Origin: Candidatus Aminicenantes bacterium
Lineage (GTDB): Bacteria > Acidobacteriota > Aminicenantia > Aminicenantales > UBA4085
DNA: 64,000 nt
Direction of reading: 5' to 3'
NCBI GenBank assembly: GCA_017883285.1
Contig: JADGNV010000098.1
Coordinates: 244-64,243 of the forward strand
In this document: positions 34,686 through 44,474 of the stretch, piece after piece
Position numbering within the stretch: the stretch's first letter is position 1
How the letters are laid out: every line of letters starts with the position of its first letter
Notes under the pieces: model-generated
Databases searched by the model: none
Told to the model about the DNA's origin: nothing
The model's input: only the letters and a program-made list of their open reading frames with translations
Program-made: the position numbers and the translations under genes

Positions 34686-36047
34686 TTATTTAGCGCCGCT
34701 GAGGACGGTCTCCATCTCCTCTTCGCTCATCCCCAGGGCCTCCGCGGCCCTCGCCCGATCGCCGTCGAAATAGGCGAGCATCTTCGCCACGTGTTCGCAC
34801 TCGATTTCGACGAGCTTGCGCGGGCGAAACCCTTCCGCCTTTTCGTCGAGCGAACGGGTCAGCATTTCCCTTATATGGGGCGGGAGCGAGTCCGCGGTCA
34901 GGACATCGCCGGGCTCTTCCGACGCCGCCCGCTCGACGATGTTTTTGAGCTCACGGACGTTGTCCGGAAAGTCGTACTGCTCGAGAAGCCCGAGGAACTC
35001 GGGCGAGAAGCCCGTGATCTTCTTGCCCAGGGCAACCGCCTCGGCCTTGAGGAAGTATTCGGCCAGGAGCGGGATGTCGCCCGTGCGCTCTTGGAGGGCG
35101 GGGATGCGGAGGGAGTTCAGCATGAGGTGATAGAGAAGGTCGCGCGAGAACATCTTCTTATAGTATTCCTGCGTCAGGTCGTGATGGGAGGCGACGATGA
35201 ACCGAACGTCCGCCTTCAGGACGGTCGTCGAGTTCTCCCGATAGAACTCTCCCGCCTGGATGAGCCGGCGGAGCCGGACCTGCACAGAGATGGAGAGGAG
35301 GTCGATCTCGTCCAGAAAAAGAGTTCCCCCGGCGGCCTTCTCCACCAGGCCCGGGGCCTCGCCGCGCGCGCCGCTCCAGTCCCGCCCTTGTCCGAAGAAT
35401 TCCGCGGGGAACCGGGCCGGCTCGCGGGCCGCCACATCCACCGATACGAACGGGCCGTTCCGCCTCGGGCTGGCGCTGTGGATGGCCCGGGCGAGCATCT
35501 CCTTGTAGGTGCCGCGCTCGCCCCAGATGAAGATGCAGTCGTTTCCGGCCGCCATCCGCTCGGCCTCGTGGAACACGCGGATCAGGGCCGGGTCCTGCGT
35601 GGGGAGATGGGCGAAGGCCTCGCCGTGGGCCAGGCCGGCCTTGCTCAGGTCCGCCGGGAGGCGGCTGATCGACCGCTTGATGGTCGTGTGCTCGACGGCG
35701 TCGTCGAGGACCTTGAGAAGCGTATCCTCGTCCACGGGCTTGGTCAGATAGTCGTAGGCCCCGAGCTTCATCGCCCGGACCGCGAGATCCACGTCGCCCA
35801 CGCCGGTGAGCGTGATGACGGCGATACCGAGCTTCCGGTCATGGACGGCTTGGAGGATGTCGAGCCCGCTGACGTACGGCATGTCCATGTCGAGCAGGAC
35901 CGCGTCGAACGAGCCTTGGACGAGAAGATCGAGCGCTTTCCGCGAGTCGTTGACCACGGTGCTGTCGTAGCGCTCGGTCTGCATCAGGAAGACTTCTAGG
36001 TGGTTCGTGACGCCGATGTCGTCGTCGACGATGAGGACTTTGTTCAT
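34686..36047 (-). CDS. NtrC-family response regulator (REC + AAA+ + Fis-type HTH) with degenerate Walker A and GAFTGA
   Basis: 453 aa from MNKVLIVDDD, with GGGAGG upstream. REC: LLDMDMP, TKP. AAA+: GERGTYKE in place of GESGTGKE, and RDWSGAR in place of GAFTGA; GGTLFLDEID is retained. The C-terminal HTH is AAEALGMS. Confidence 0.9.
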   Translation of the reverse strand: MNKVLIVDDDIGVTNHLEVFLMQTERYDSTVVNDSRKALDLLVQGSFDAVLLDMDMPYVSGLDILQAVHDRKLGIAVITLTGVGDVDLAVRAMKLGAYDYLTKPVDEDTLLKVLDDAVEHTTIKRSISRLPADLSKAGLAHGEAFAHLPTQDPALIRVFHEAERMAAGNDCIFIWGERGTYKEMLARAIHSASPRRNGPFVSVDVAAREPARFPAEFFGQGRDWSGARGEAPGLVEKAAGGTLFLDEIDLLSISVQVRLRRLIQAGEFYRENSTTVLKADVRFIVASHHDLTQEYYKKMFSRDLLYHLMLNSLRIPALQERTGDIPLLAEYFLKAEAVALGKKITGFSPEFLGLLEQYDFPDNVRELKNIVERAASEEPGDVLTADSLPPHIREMLTRSLDEKAEGFRPRKLVEIECEHVAKMLAYFDGDRARAAEALGMSEEEMETVLSGAK

Positions 36048-36082
36048 CTCTGTGCCTCCCGAGGATAGCCGGACGCCCAAAA

Positions 36083-37351
36083 TTACGCGGGCTGGCCGGA
36101 CGCCGCGGGGCCGCCCCCCGCCGGCTTCATCGGCAGCGAAATCTTGAACGTCGTGCCGACGTCGAGCTTGCTCGCCACCGCGATGCTCCCGCCGTGCTCC
36201 TCGACGATCCGGTAGGCGATGGCCAAGCCGAGGCCCGTTCCGCCCCCCGCCCGGCGGGTGGTGAAGAACGGCTCGAAGATGCGCTTGATCGTCTGCTCGC
36301 TCATCCCCTTGCCGTTGTCCTGGACCTCGATGACGACGTTCGCCCCCTCCGCCCGGGTCGACGCCCGGATGCGGCCGCGCCGCCCTTCGGGCATCGCCTG
36401 CCCCGCGTTGATGAGGAGGTTCACGATGACCTGCTCGATCTTCTGGGCGTTGCCGGTGATGATGGGCAGGTCGGCGGCCAGGTCGAGCTCGATGTCCGCG
36501 AATTTGTTCACCTCATTGTGCACCAGGCGCCGGGCCGCGTCGAGGATCGTGTTCGCGTCCACGGCGTCGATCAGGAGCCCCTCGTCGCGCCGGGCGAAGC
36601 GCTTGAGGCCTTCGACGATCTCCTTGATCCGCTCGGAGCCGTGGGCCATGTCGTTGACGAGCACCAGGATGTGCTCGCGGAAGAACTCGTACTTGAGGCG
36701 GGCGATCTTCAGGTCGGGATGCTGGGCGTAGTATTCGTCGAGGATGGGCAGGATCCCCTCGAACGCCTGCTGGATGATCTTGACGTTGCCTCGGATGAAC
36801 TGGTTCGGGTTGTTGATTTCGTGGCCGATGCCGCTCACGAGCTGGCCGAGGGAGGCGAGCTTGTCCGCCTGCTGGAGCTGCCGCTCGTAGGTCTTTTCCA
36901 GGGTGATGTCCCGGTAGAACTCGATGATCCCCTCGACCTCGTGCTCCGGGTTGAAGATCGGCAGGGCGTTCGCCTCGTAGTAGATGTCCCCGTGCTTGAC
37001 CTCGAGCGTGATCGGCGTCTTCACCTTCAGGATGCGGGACAGGCGGCAATCCTTGCAGGGGACGTCCCGGTTGAAGAAAGTGCGGTAGCATTTGTTTCCG
37101 GCGGCCACGTTTTTGCGGTTCGTCATCACTACGGTGTGCTGCCGGTCGATGAGGGCCACGTTATCGGGGATGGCCTGGAAGATCGTTTCCAGGCGGTGCT
37201 TCGACTCTTCCCATTCGCGGTTGGTGCGGTCCATGGAGGCGTTGATGGTGCTGAGCTTTTGGCGCTGCTCCTCGACTTCGCGCGTCCGGGATTCGATCTC
37301 GCGTTCGAGCTCCCGCAGCCGTTCCGCGAGGGTTTCGGGGGAGCTTGGCAT
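36083..37351 (-). CDS. Cytoplasmic sensor histidine kinase (coiled coil + Cys-rich PAS-like + HisKA + HATPase_c)
   Basis: 422 aa with GIGHEINNP (H-box), NLLINAGQA (N-box), DNGKGM and GTGLGLAI. No TM segment. The sensor part has CYRTFFNRDVPCKDC. Confidence 0.9.
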   Translation of the reverse strand: MPSSPETLAERLRELEREIESRTREVEEQRQKLSTINASMDRTNREWEESKHRLETIFQAIPDNVALIDRQHTVVMTNRKNVAAGNKCYRTFFNRDVPCKDCRLSRILKVKTPITLEVKHGDIYYEANALPIFNPEHEVEGIIEFYRDITLEKTYERQLQQADKLASLGQLVSGIGHEINNPNQFIRGNVKIIQQAFEGILPILDEYYAQHPDLKIARLKYEFFREHILVLVNDMAHGSERIKEIVEGLKRFARRDEGLLIDAVDANTILDAARRLVHNEVNKFADIELDLAADLPIITGNAQKIEQVIVNLLINAGQAMPEGRRGRIRASTRAEGANVVIEVQDNGKGMSEQTIKRIFEPFFTTRRAGGGTGLGLAIAYRIVEEHGGSIAVASKLDVGTTFKISLPMKPAGGGPAASGQPA

Positions 37352-37360
37352 CGGATCTCC

Positions 37361-40300
37361 TTAGGACCTCTGGTCCTGGACGCGGTAGTGCTCGACGCCG
37401 ACCTCGCGGACCTGCCGTTTGTACCGTTCGGCGACCGTGAGCGCGGGCGCGATCGGACTCGGCTTCGTCCGGACGTCGGCGATGTTCAACCGGGCGAAGC
37501 CGTTCCCGTCGCGCGCCTCGCCGGTGTTCCAATAGAACCGCACCCGGTCGCCGAGCCCGGCGCGCACCTGGCGGTCGATTTCCGACGAGATCTCGGCGAA
37601 CGTCGCGCCGATGCCCTCGATGCCGAACGCCTTCGCCAACCCCGCCAGGATCTCCCATGGGGGGGCGCCGAAGGGCGGCTTGACGGCCTGTGTGTAGCGC
37701 GTGAGTCGGCCTTCGAAATTGATGCGCGTTCCGTCGCTCTCCAGGAACGTGGAGCCGGGCAGGACGACGTCGGCGAACCGCGTGGTCTCGGTGGGGCACC
37801 AGTCCAGGGCGGCCAGGAATTCGGCGTTGCCGAAATACGAACCGATCTTGTCGTCCCGCATCGGGTCCTCGCCGATGATGAGCGCCGCCCGGATCCGCCC
37901 GTCCTTGAGCATCGCCCGGAGCTCGGCGCGGGATTTGGCGCCGGGCCGCCCGCCGGACGGCCGCCGTCCGGCTAGGAAACCCGGATCCGCCCCGACGACC
38001 TCCACGGCCGCCCCGTTCGCGCCGGCGAACGGCAGAATCAAATCGGCGCGGATGCTCTTGGCCCGGAGGAGGAGGACGAGATTCGCCAGCGCGACGGCGT
38101 CTCCGGGAGACTGGTCCTGCGTCCGGTCCGGACCGTGGATGAAGGCGACCTTCCCGGCGGCGGCGAGCCGGTCCGCGGCGGCGATGATCTTCTCCGCTTC
38201 GACCCCCGTCAATTCGGAGATCGCCTGCGGACTATAGTCGAAGAGATCGTTCAGGAATTCTTTGCCGCCCGGCAGCATCCGGACCGCGTCCCGGCCGAAG
38301 AAGCCGCGGTCGAGGAGGACCTGCATGACGCCGTTCCAGAGGAGCGCCGCCCGCCCGCGCATCGGGTCGAGGGAAAGCGCCGCCAGGCTGGCCAGCGGGC
38401 CGGCGGCCGAGCCGGCGGCGATGAGGATCGCGCCCTTGCGGACCGCGGCGATGATCTCGACGCCCAGGATCAGGTGGTCGTTTTGCGGATCGACGTTGTT
38501 GCAGACGATCAGGTCGGCCGATGTCACGGCCGAGCGGTCGGCCGTGGACGCGGTGAAGCCGAGCGACGCGTCGAGGGCCCCGGCTTCGGCGCCCGAGGCG
38601 AGGAGGGCGAGCGAACCGATGTTGTTGGTTCCGATCCCGTCGCGCGCGATCCGGGAGGCCAGGAACATCTCCTCGTTGGAGAGCTCCGGAGAGACGAACA
38701 CGCCGACCGCCTCCGGGCCGTGCTTTTCGGCCGCGCCCTTGAGCGCCGCGGCGGTCTTGGCCAGCGCGTCCGCGAGCGGGACGGCCTTGGGCTTGCCTCT
38801 CTCCCGGACCGTGGGTTGTTCGATCCGGCGCTGGGCGATGAATAGCTCGCTTCCGAATCGGCCGTAGCGGCACAGGTCGCTGCCCGGACGGCCAACCGAC
38901 GAGGTATAGTAGCGGTCCGCGTCGATCTTTTTGACGGCGAGCGGGCACCCGATCGAACAGAACGCGCAATGCGTTTCCACGTCCTCGGTCGGCAGGCACG
39001 CCCGGCCGGGGAACGGGAACTTCACGGTCAAGGCCCCGGTGGGACAGGCGTCCACGCAGTTGCCGCAGCTGATGCAGTTCGTTTCGACGAGCGGGTCGTT
39101 CATCGCCGGCCGCATCTCGGTCTTGAAGCCGCGGCCGACGAGCCCCAGGGCCGAGATCGGCAGCACGCGGGCGCAGGTCCGGATGCACCGGGCGCAGAGG
39201 ATGCACTTGTTCGGGTCGTAGACCACGTACGGATGGCGGTCGTCGACTTTGTGCTTGCGAATGGCGCCGGCGTAGCGGGCGAGATCGACGCCGTATTCCT
39301 CGGCGTAGCGGCGGAGATTGCAGCGGTCGTAGACCACGCAGCCGCAGGCGAGGCAGCGGGCGGACTCGTATTTCACGTCCTCGTCTTCGTAGCCCGTCGC
39401 GACCTCGGCGAAGCTTCCGCGCCGGGCTTCGACGTCGATTTCGGGAACCTCGTGCCGCGGGGATTCCTTCACGTCGCCGAGCTCGGCAGCGCCGGGCTTC
39501 GCCCAGAAGCTCTTCCGGACGACGAACGGCCGTTCCCGGACCTTCTCGCCGCTGAGCTGCTCGTGGATCGCGAGCGCGGCCCGCCGGCCGTCGCGCACCG
39601 CGTCGACCACGACCGTCGGCCCGTCGTCGGCGACGTCGCCCCCGGCATAGAGGCCGGGGACGTTGGTCTTCATCGTGGCCGGGTCGGCGACGATTGTGTT
39701 CCAGCGCGACGTCTTCGGCCCGTCGGCGCCGTCCGCGAGGCCGTCGAGCACCGGCTCCTGGCCGATGGCCGGGACCGCGAGGTCGCAGGGCAGCACGAAC
39801 TCGGACCCCTCCTGGGGGATCGGCCGGCGCCGTCCGGAGGAATCCGGCTCGCCGAGCTTCATCCGGATGCAGCGGAGCGCCTTCAGCCTGCCGTTTTCGG
39901 TGACGAGGCCGACGGGCGCCGCGAGCTCCATGATCTCGATCCCTTCCTTCAGGCCGTCCTCGATCTCCAGCTTGTCGGCCGGCATCTCGGCCTTCGTCCG
40001 CCGGTAGAGGAGGATGACCCGGTCCGCGCCGAGGCGCCACGCCGTCCGGGCCGCGTCCATCGCCGTGTTCCCCCCGCCGACCACGACCACGATCCCTTTC
40101 ACGGGATCGCGGCGTTCCGCCTTGGACATCAGAAAATCGACGCCCTTGACGATGCCTGCTGTGGTCCCCTCGCCTTCGACGCCCATGTCCTTGCTGCCCA
40201 TGGCGCCGGCGGCGATGAAGACGGCGGCGTGTTTCTCCATGAGCTCAGTCAGGGAGACGTCCGCGCCGACGCGCACCCCCGTCCTGATCTCGGCCCCGGA

Positions 40301-41062
40301 GCGGCGGATGTAATCGATCTCGCGGTCGAGCACGTCGTTCGGCAGCCGGTATTCCGGGATGCCGTAGCGGAGCATCCCGCCCGGCTTGGGCAGGGCTTCG
40401 TAGATGACGGGATCATATCCGTAGAGGCCGAGATACCAGGCGGCCGTGAGCCCGGCGGGGCCCGAGCCCACGATGCCGACGGTCAGGCCGCGGGAAGGCA
40501 ACCGCTCGGGCGCTTCGTCGTAGGCGCCGGGGCGGTCGGTGACGAACCGCTTGATGGCGTTGATCCCGACCGGCTCGTCGATGTCGGCCCTCCGGCACTC
40601 GATTTCGCACTTGCGCACGCAGATCCGGCCGCACACCGCCGGGAGCGGGTTCATCTCCCGGATGAGTTGCACCGCGCGCCCGTATTGCCCCATCGCGGCC
40701 AGGGCCACATAGCCCTGGCAGTCCACGCCGGCGGGGCAGGCCAGGGCGCACGGCGAGACGCAGTCGGCGTAATGGTTCGAGAGGAGGAGTTCGAGCGCGG
40801 TCCGCCGCGACGCGACGATCCGCTCGTTGCGGGTCGTGATCTTCATCCCCTCGGCCACGCGGGTCGCGCAGGCGGGGACGAGGTTCGGCCGCCCGGCGAC
40901 TTCCACCACGCACAGGAAGCAGGAGCCGTAAGGCTCGAGCTCCGGCGAATGGCAGAGGGTGGGGATGGAGTCGAGCGCGTTCTCGGCGACGACCTCCAGG
41001 ATCGTCTTGGCGGAGTCCGCCGCGATCTTTCGCTCGTTGATCTCGACCGTGACGGCTGCCAT
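37361..41062 (-). CDS. Fusion oxidoreductase subunit: NuoG-type 2Fe-2S + GltD/NfnB-like FAD/NAD(P)H module + 4Fe-4S clusters + molybdopterin-oxidoreductase-like domain lacking catalytic residues
   Basis: The true start is MAAVTVEINERK (1233 aa, counted), with GAGGA upstream. The track ORF (1785 aa) carries a 552-codon junk extension across the NuoF-like gene. Motifs in order: CHSPELEPYGSCFLCVV; CVSPC..CP...GRICVRKCEIEC; GIVGSGPAGL; VVGGGNTAMDAART; CILCARCIRTC; CISCGNCVDACP; HCAFCSIGCP. Confidence 0.85.
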   Translation of the reverse strand: MAAVTVEINERKIAADSAKTILEVVAENALDSIPTLCHSPELEPYGSCFLCVVEVAGRPNLVPACATRVAEGMKITTRNERIVASRRTALELLLSNHYADCVSPCALACPAGVDCQGYVALAAMGQYGRAVQLIREMNPLPAVCGRICVRKCEIECRRADIDEPVGINAIKRFVTDRPGAYDEAPERLPSRGLTVGIVGSGPAGLTAAWYLGLYGYDPVIYEALPKPGGMLRYGIPEYRLPNDVLDREIDYIRRSGAEIRTGVRVGADVSLTELMEKHAAVFIAAGAMGSKDMGVEGEGTTAGIVKGVDFLMSKAERRDPVKGIVVVVGGGNTAMDAARTAWRLGADRVILLYRRTKAEMPADKLEIEDGLKEGIEIMELAAPVGLVTENGRLKALRCIRMKLGEPDSSGRRRPIPQEGSEFVLPCDLAVPAIGQEPVLDGLADGADGPKTSRWNTIVADPATMKTNVPGLYAGGDVADDGPTVVVDAVRDGRRAALAIHEQLSGEKVRERPFVVRKSFWAKPGAAELGDVKESPRHEVPEIDVEARRGSFAEVATGYEDEDVKYESARCLACGCVVYDRCNLRRYAEEYGVDLARYAGAIRKHKVDDRHPYVVYDPNKCILCARCIRTCARVLPISALGLVGRGFKTEMRPAMNDPLVETNCISCGNCVDACPTGALTVKFPFPGRACLPTEDVETHCAFCSIGCPLAVKKIDADRYYTSSVGRPGSDLCRYGRFGSELFIAQRRIEQPTVRERGKPKAVPLADALAKTAAALKGAAEKHGPEAVGVFVSPELSNEEMFLASRIARDGIGTNNIGSLALLASGAEAGALDASLGFTASTADRSAVTSADLIVCNNVDPQNDHLILGVEIIAAVRKGAILIAAGSAAGPLASLAALSLDPMRGRAALLWNGVMQVLLDRGFFGRDAVRMLPGGKEFLNDLFDYSPQAISELTGVEAEKIIAAADRLAAAGKVAFIHGPDRTQDQSPGDAVALANLVLLLRAKSIRADLILPFAGANGAAVEVVGADPGFLAGRRPSGGRPGAKSRAELRAMLKDGRIRAALIIGEDPMRDDKIGSYFGNAEFLAALDWCPTETTRFADVVLPGSTFLESDGTRINFEGRLTRYTQAVKPPFGAPPWEILAGLAKAFGIEGIGATFAEISSEIDRQVRAGLGDRVRFYWNTGEARDGNGFARLNIADVRTKPSPIAPALTVAERYKRQVREVGVEHYRVQDQRS

Positions 41063-41070
41063 ATTCGTCC

Positions 41071-42861
41071 TCAATCCTTGTAGACCGCGCCGAACGTGCA
41101 GCTCGTGATGCACTTGCCGCACTTGATGCAGAGCGCGTTGTCGATGACGTGCAATTCTTTCAGCGTACCGCGGATCGCGTTGGAGGCGCACGCCTTGGCG
41201 CAGAGCGTGCAGCCTGTGCACTTGGCGGGGTCGATGTGGTAATCGACGAGCATCCCGCAGCTCTTGGCCGGGCATTTCTTGTCGTTGATGTGGGCCAGGC
41301 ATTCGTCCATGAAATAGCGGAGGGTGGTGAGGACGGGGTTCGGCGCGGTCTGGCCCAGGCCGCAGAGGCTCGCCTCCTTGATCTGGAGAGAGAGGCGCCG
41401 GAGTTTGTCGACGTCGTCGAGCGCGCCTTCGCCGCGCGTGATGCGCTCCAGGATCTCCAGCATGCGCAGGGTGCCGATCCGGCAGAACGTGCATTTTCCG
41501 CAGGACTCGTCCTGGGTGAAGTGGAGAAAAAAGCGGGCGATGTCCACCATGCAGGTGGACTCGTCCATCACGATCATCCCGCCGGAACCCATGATCGCGC
41601 CGGTCTTCGGAATGTTTTCGAAGTCCACCGGCGTCTCGCCGAGGGTGTGCGGGATGCAGCCGCCCGACGGGCCGCCCATCTGCACCGCCTTGAATTTTCC
41701 GCCGCCCTTGATGCCGCCGCCGATGCCGAACACGAGCTGGTTGATCGTCGTCCCCATCGGCACTTCGGCCAGGCCGCCCCGCGCGACCGCGCCCGCCAGG
41801 GCGAAGACCTTGGTGCCCCGGCTCTTCTCGGTGCCGATCGCGGCGTAAGCCGCCGCCCCTTGGACGAGGATCCAGGGGATGTTGGCGTAGGTCTCGACGT
41901 TGTTGTTGTTGGTCGGTTTTTGCCACAACCCTTTTTCGGCCGGGAACGGCGGGCGGATGCGGGGCATCCCGCGCTCGCCCTCGATGGACGCGAACAGGGC
42001 CGTCTCCTCGCCGCAGACGAACGCGCCCGCGCCCTGCTTGATCTTGATGTCGAAATCGTGGCCGGAGCCCAGGATGTCCTTGCCCAGATAGCCTTGCCGC
42101 CGCGCCTGCTCGATGGCTCCCGCCAGGCGCTGTATGGCCAGGGGATACTCGGCCCGGCAATAGATATAGCCGAAGCTCGAGCCGATGGCCCGTCCGCAGA
42201 TGATCATCCCCTCGAGGACGGCGTGGGGGTCGCTTTCGAGGACGCTCCGGTCCATGAACGCGCCGGGATCGCCCTCGTCGGCGTTGCAGACGACGAATTT
42301 CGTATCGCTCCGGGTCGCGGCCGCGAACGACCACTTGAGTCCCGTGGGGAACCCCGCGCCGCCCCTTCCGCGCAGCCCGGACTGGTTGACCTCTTCGATG
42401 ATGGCCGCCGGCGCCATTTCGAAGAGCGCTTTGCGGAGGGCCCGGTAGCCCCCCGCGGCCTCGTAGTCCTCGATCGATTCCGGATTGATGAGGCCGCAAT
42501 GGCGGAGGACGATGCGCTTCTGGAGCGCGAGGAATTCCTTTTCGGCGCCGCCGATGAGGCCGGTGGAGGCGTCTTCGCTGTACACAATGCCGTCCGCCAA
42601 AGGCCTGCCGCCGGCGAGGTGGTTTTCGACGATCTCCCGGGCGCGGCCGGGCTTCACGTCGCCATAGATGGTCCGGCGGCCGTTCTCGCGCACTTCGACC
42701 AGCGGTTCCCGGTAGCACATCCCGATGCAGCCGGTGATCGAGAGCCGGGCGTCGCCGAGCCCGCGCGATTTGTCCTCGAGCAGCCCCCGGAGGGTTTCAT
42801 AGGTTTCCCGGGCGCCCGCCGAGAGGCCGCAGGTTCCCATGCCGACAATGACCTGGCGCAT
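41071..42861 (-). CDS. NuoF/HydB-like NADH-binding FMN Fe-S subunit (N-terminal thioredoxin-like 2Fe-2S domain, C-terminal 2x[4Fe-4S])
   Basis: 596 aa with GRGGAGFPTGLKW, ESCGKCTFCRIG, and CTGCTLCAKAC...CIKCGKCITSC. Confidence 0.92.
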   Translation of the reverse strand: MRQVIVGMGTCGLSAGARETYETLRGLLEDKSRGLGDARLSITGCIGMCYREPLVEVRENGRRTIYGDVKPGRAREIVENHLAGGRPLADGIVYSEDASTGLIGGAEKEFLALQKRIVLRHCGLINPESIEDYEAAGGYRALRKALFEMAPAAIIEEVNQSGLRGRGGAGFPTGLKWSFAAATRSDTKFVVCNADEGDPGAFMDRSVLESDPHAVLEGMIICGRAIGSSFGYIYCRAEYPLAIQRLAGAIEQARRQGYLGKDILGSGHDFDIKIKQGAGAFVCGEETALFASIEGERGMPRIRPPFPAEKGLWQKPTNNNNVETYANIPWILVQGAAAYAAIGTEKSRGTKVFALAGAVARGGLAEVPMGTTINQLVFGIGGGIKGGGKFKAVQMGGPSGGCIPHTLGETPVDFENIPKTGAIMGSGGMIVMDESTCMVDIARFFLHFTQDESCGKCTFCRIGTLRMLEILERITRGEGALDDVDKLRRLSLQIKEASLCGLGQTAPNPVLTTLRYFMDECLAHINDKKCPAKSCGMLVDYHIDPAKCTGCTLCAKACASNAIRGTLKELHVIDNALCIKCGKCITSCTFGAVYKD

Positions 42862-42869
42862 TCCGGCCT

Positions 42870-43391
42870 CTAGCTCCCGGCTCCCGTCGCGCCGGCTTGC
42901 GCGTCCCGCGTTTTCGGCTTTTCCCGGCGGCGGATCCCGCGCAGGATTTTGCGCACCGCCGCGGGCGTGAGCCGGCCGTGCGTCTCGTCGTCGATCATCA
43001 TCACCGGGGCGAGCGAGCAGCAGCCGAGACAGGCGACCGTGAACAGCGTGAAGAGGCCGTCCTCGGTCGTCCCCCCAACTTCGATCCCGAGCTCATCCTG
43101 GACCGTATCGACGATGAGCTTCGCGCCCGAGACGTGACAGGCCGTCCCCACGCAAGTCTTGATCATGTGCTCGCCCATCGGCTGGAGCCGGAACTGGTTG
43201 TAGAACGTGATGACCCCGTAGACGGTGGATTCGGGAATGTTCGTCGCCGAGGAGATGTACTTGATCGCCCGGCGGGGAATGTAGCCGAAGTGGTCCTGGG
43301 CGGATTGGAGCAGGGGAATGAGCTCGCCCGGGGCGCCGTCGTAGCGCCACAGGCGGTATGTGAAATCTGGTTCCTGGTTCTTGTCGGCCAT
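42870..43391 (-). CDS. NuoE/HydC-like 2Fe-2S subunit
   Basis: 173 aa with CVGTACHVSGA...CLGCCSLAPV. Confidence 0.92.
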   Translation of the reverse strand: MADKNQEPDFTYRLWRYDGAPGELIPLLQSAQDHFGYIPRRAIKYISSATNIPESTVYGVITFYNQFRLQPMGEHMIKTCVGTACHVSGAKLIVDTVQDELGIEVGGTTEDGLFTLFTVACLGCCSLAPVMMIDDETHGRLTPAAVRKILRGIRRREKPKTRDAQAGATGAGS

Positions 43392-43471
43392 CGCCCTCGT
43401 ATCCTTATCGGTGCGGACCTCTCGAGCCCTCCGCTCCGGCCGCCTCGACGTTTTCCGCGCGGGGCGCAGCC

Positions 43472-44455
43472 TCAGGCGTCGATCATCTTGATGATTTTCG
43501 CTTCGCGGACGCGCAGGACCCCGTCGATTTTGCCGAGCTTCTCGATGACTTTCGGCGTCTTGCCGGTCGCCTGACCGCCGGTGACCATGCCCACGAGCTT
43601 GGTGCCGTTGTCGATCACGTCCAGGAAGATCAGCTCGTCGACGAAGAACACGGTGGTGAAGATCTGCTGGAGGGCGTGCTTGTCGATGTCGACGATGATG
43701 TAGCTCGTCGTGCCCTTGCGGCGATTGTCCCGCGTATGCCGGACGGATTTTTTGTAAATCTCGATGAATTCCTTGACGTCCCGGTCGAGCTTCGGCCGCT
43801 CGACCGGCGACATCGAGGCGACCTCGACGCCGTCGACGGCCTTGATGCGGTCGAGCAGGCCCTTGATCTTCTCCTCGGACGAGGCCTGGGCGAGGACGAT
43901 GATGTCCACGTCGCCGCGCACGGCGTCGCAGGAGGCCACGCCTTCCATGTCGTTGATATCGCTGAAGATCTCCATGCTGCGGGCGGGGTCGGTGATGTGG
44001 ATGGTCATGTAAGCGCTGACGGATTCCTTGAGGAACCCGGGCTCCTTCGCGGAGGGCTCGACCGCGGCGCGCTGGGCCCGTCCCGGCGTGAGCGCTTCGA
44101 GCGCTTCGACAAGCTGGGGGATCTCGAACGGCTTGTCCAGATAGCCGGTGTTCGGCTCCGACAGGGCCATGGCCTTGAGGGATTCGTCGCCGAACCCGGT
44201 GATCACGAGCACGGGCAAGGCCGGGAACTCGTTCTTGATCACCGTCAGGATCTTCAGCCCGTCGATGTCCGGCATGAAGATGTCGGTGATGAGGTAGTCG
44301 TAACTCTCGCCCTTGTCGAGGGCGGCGCTCAGCTCGTGGATCGCCGAGATCCCGTCGGGGCAGGCCGTGCAGGTGTAGCCCTCCTGGGTAAGCCCGAACA
44401 TGAGGTTCCTACGGATGGCCGGCTCGTCGTCGATGATCAGCACGCGTTTTTCCAT
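43472..44455 (-). CDS. Response-regulator receiver fused to two Lrp/AsnC-type RAM-like domains, no DNA-binding domain
   Basis: The start is at MEKRVLIIDDE with AGGAG upstream. REC: LITDIFMPDIDG, VITGF, DKPF. Two ~75-aa beta-alpha-beta-beta-alpha-beta-like segments follow (AYMTIHI...VEVASMSPV and SYIIVDI...VLRVREAKII). Confidence 0.75.
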   Translation of the reverse strand: MEKRVLIIDDEPAIRRNLMFGLTQEGYTCTACPDGISAIHELSAALDKGESYDYLITDIFMPDIDGLKILTVIKNEFPALPVLVITGFGDESLKAMALSEPNTGYLDKPFEIPQLVEALEALTPGRAQRAAVEPSAKEPGFLKESVSAYMTIHITDPARSMEIFSDINDMEGVASCDAVRGDVDIIVLAQASSEEKIKGLLDRIKAVDGVEVASMSPVERPKLDRDVKEFIEIYKKSVRHTRDNRRKGTTSYIIVDIDKHALQQIFTTVFFVDELIFLDVIDNGTKLVGMVTGGQATGKTPKVIEKLGKIDGVLRVREAKIIKMIDA

Positions 44456-44474
44456 GGAGTCTCCTGATCGCGTA

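Noticed and set aside
37361-41062. Annotating the large subunit as formate dehydrogenase alpha (or as glutamate synthase small subunit)
   Set aside because: The Mo-ligand Sec/Cys, the adjacent His and the catalytic Arg appear to be replaced, and the C-terminal cap domain is missing. The GltD-like part is an internal module of a fusion, not a stand-alone GltD.
41063-42718. N-terminal 552 codons of the 1785-aa track ORF 37361..42718
   Set aside because: This stretch overlaps the NuoF-like gene in another frame and reads as Arg/Pro/Gly junk. The genuine protein starts at MAAVTVEINERK (41062), with a GAGGA RBS, 8 nt after the NuoF-like stop.
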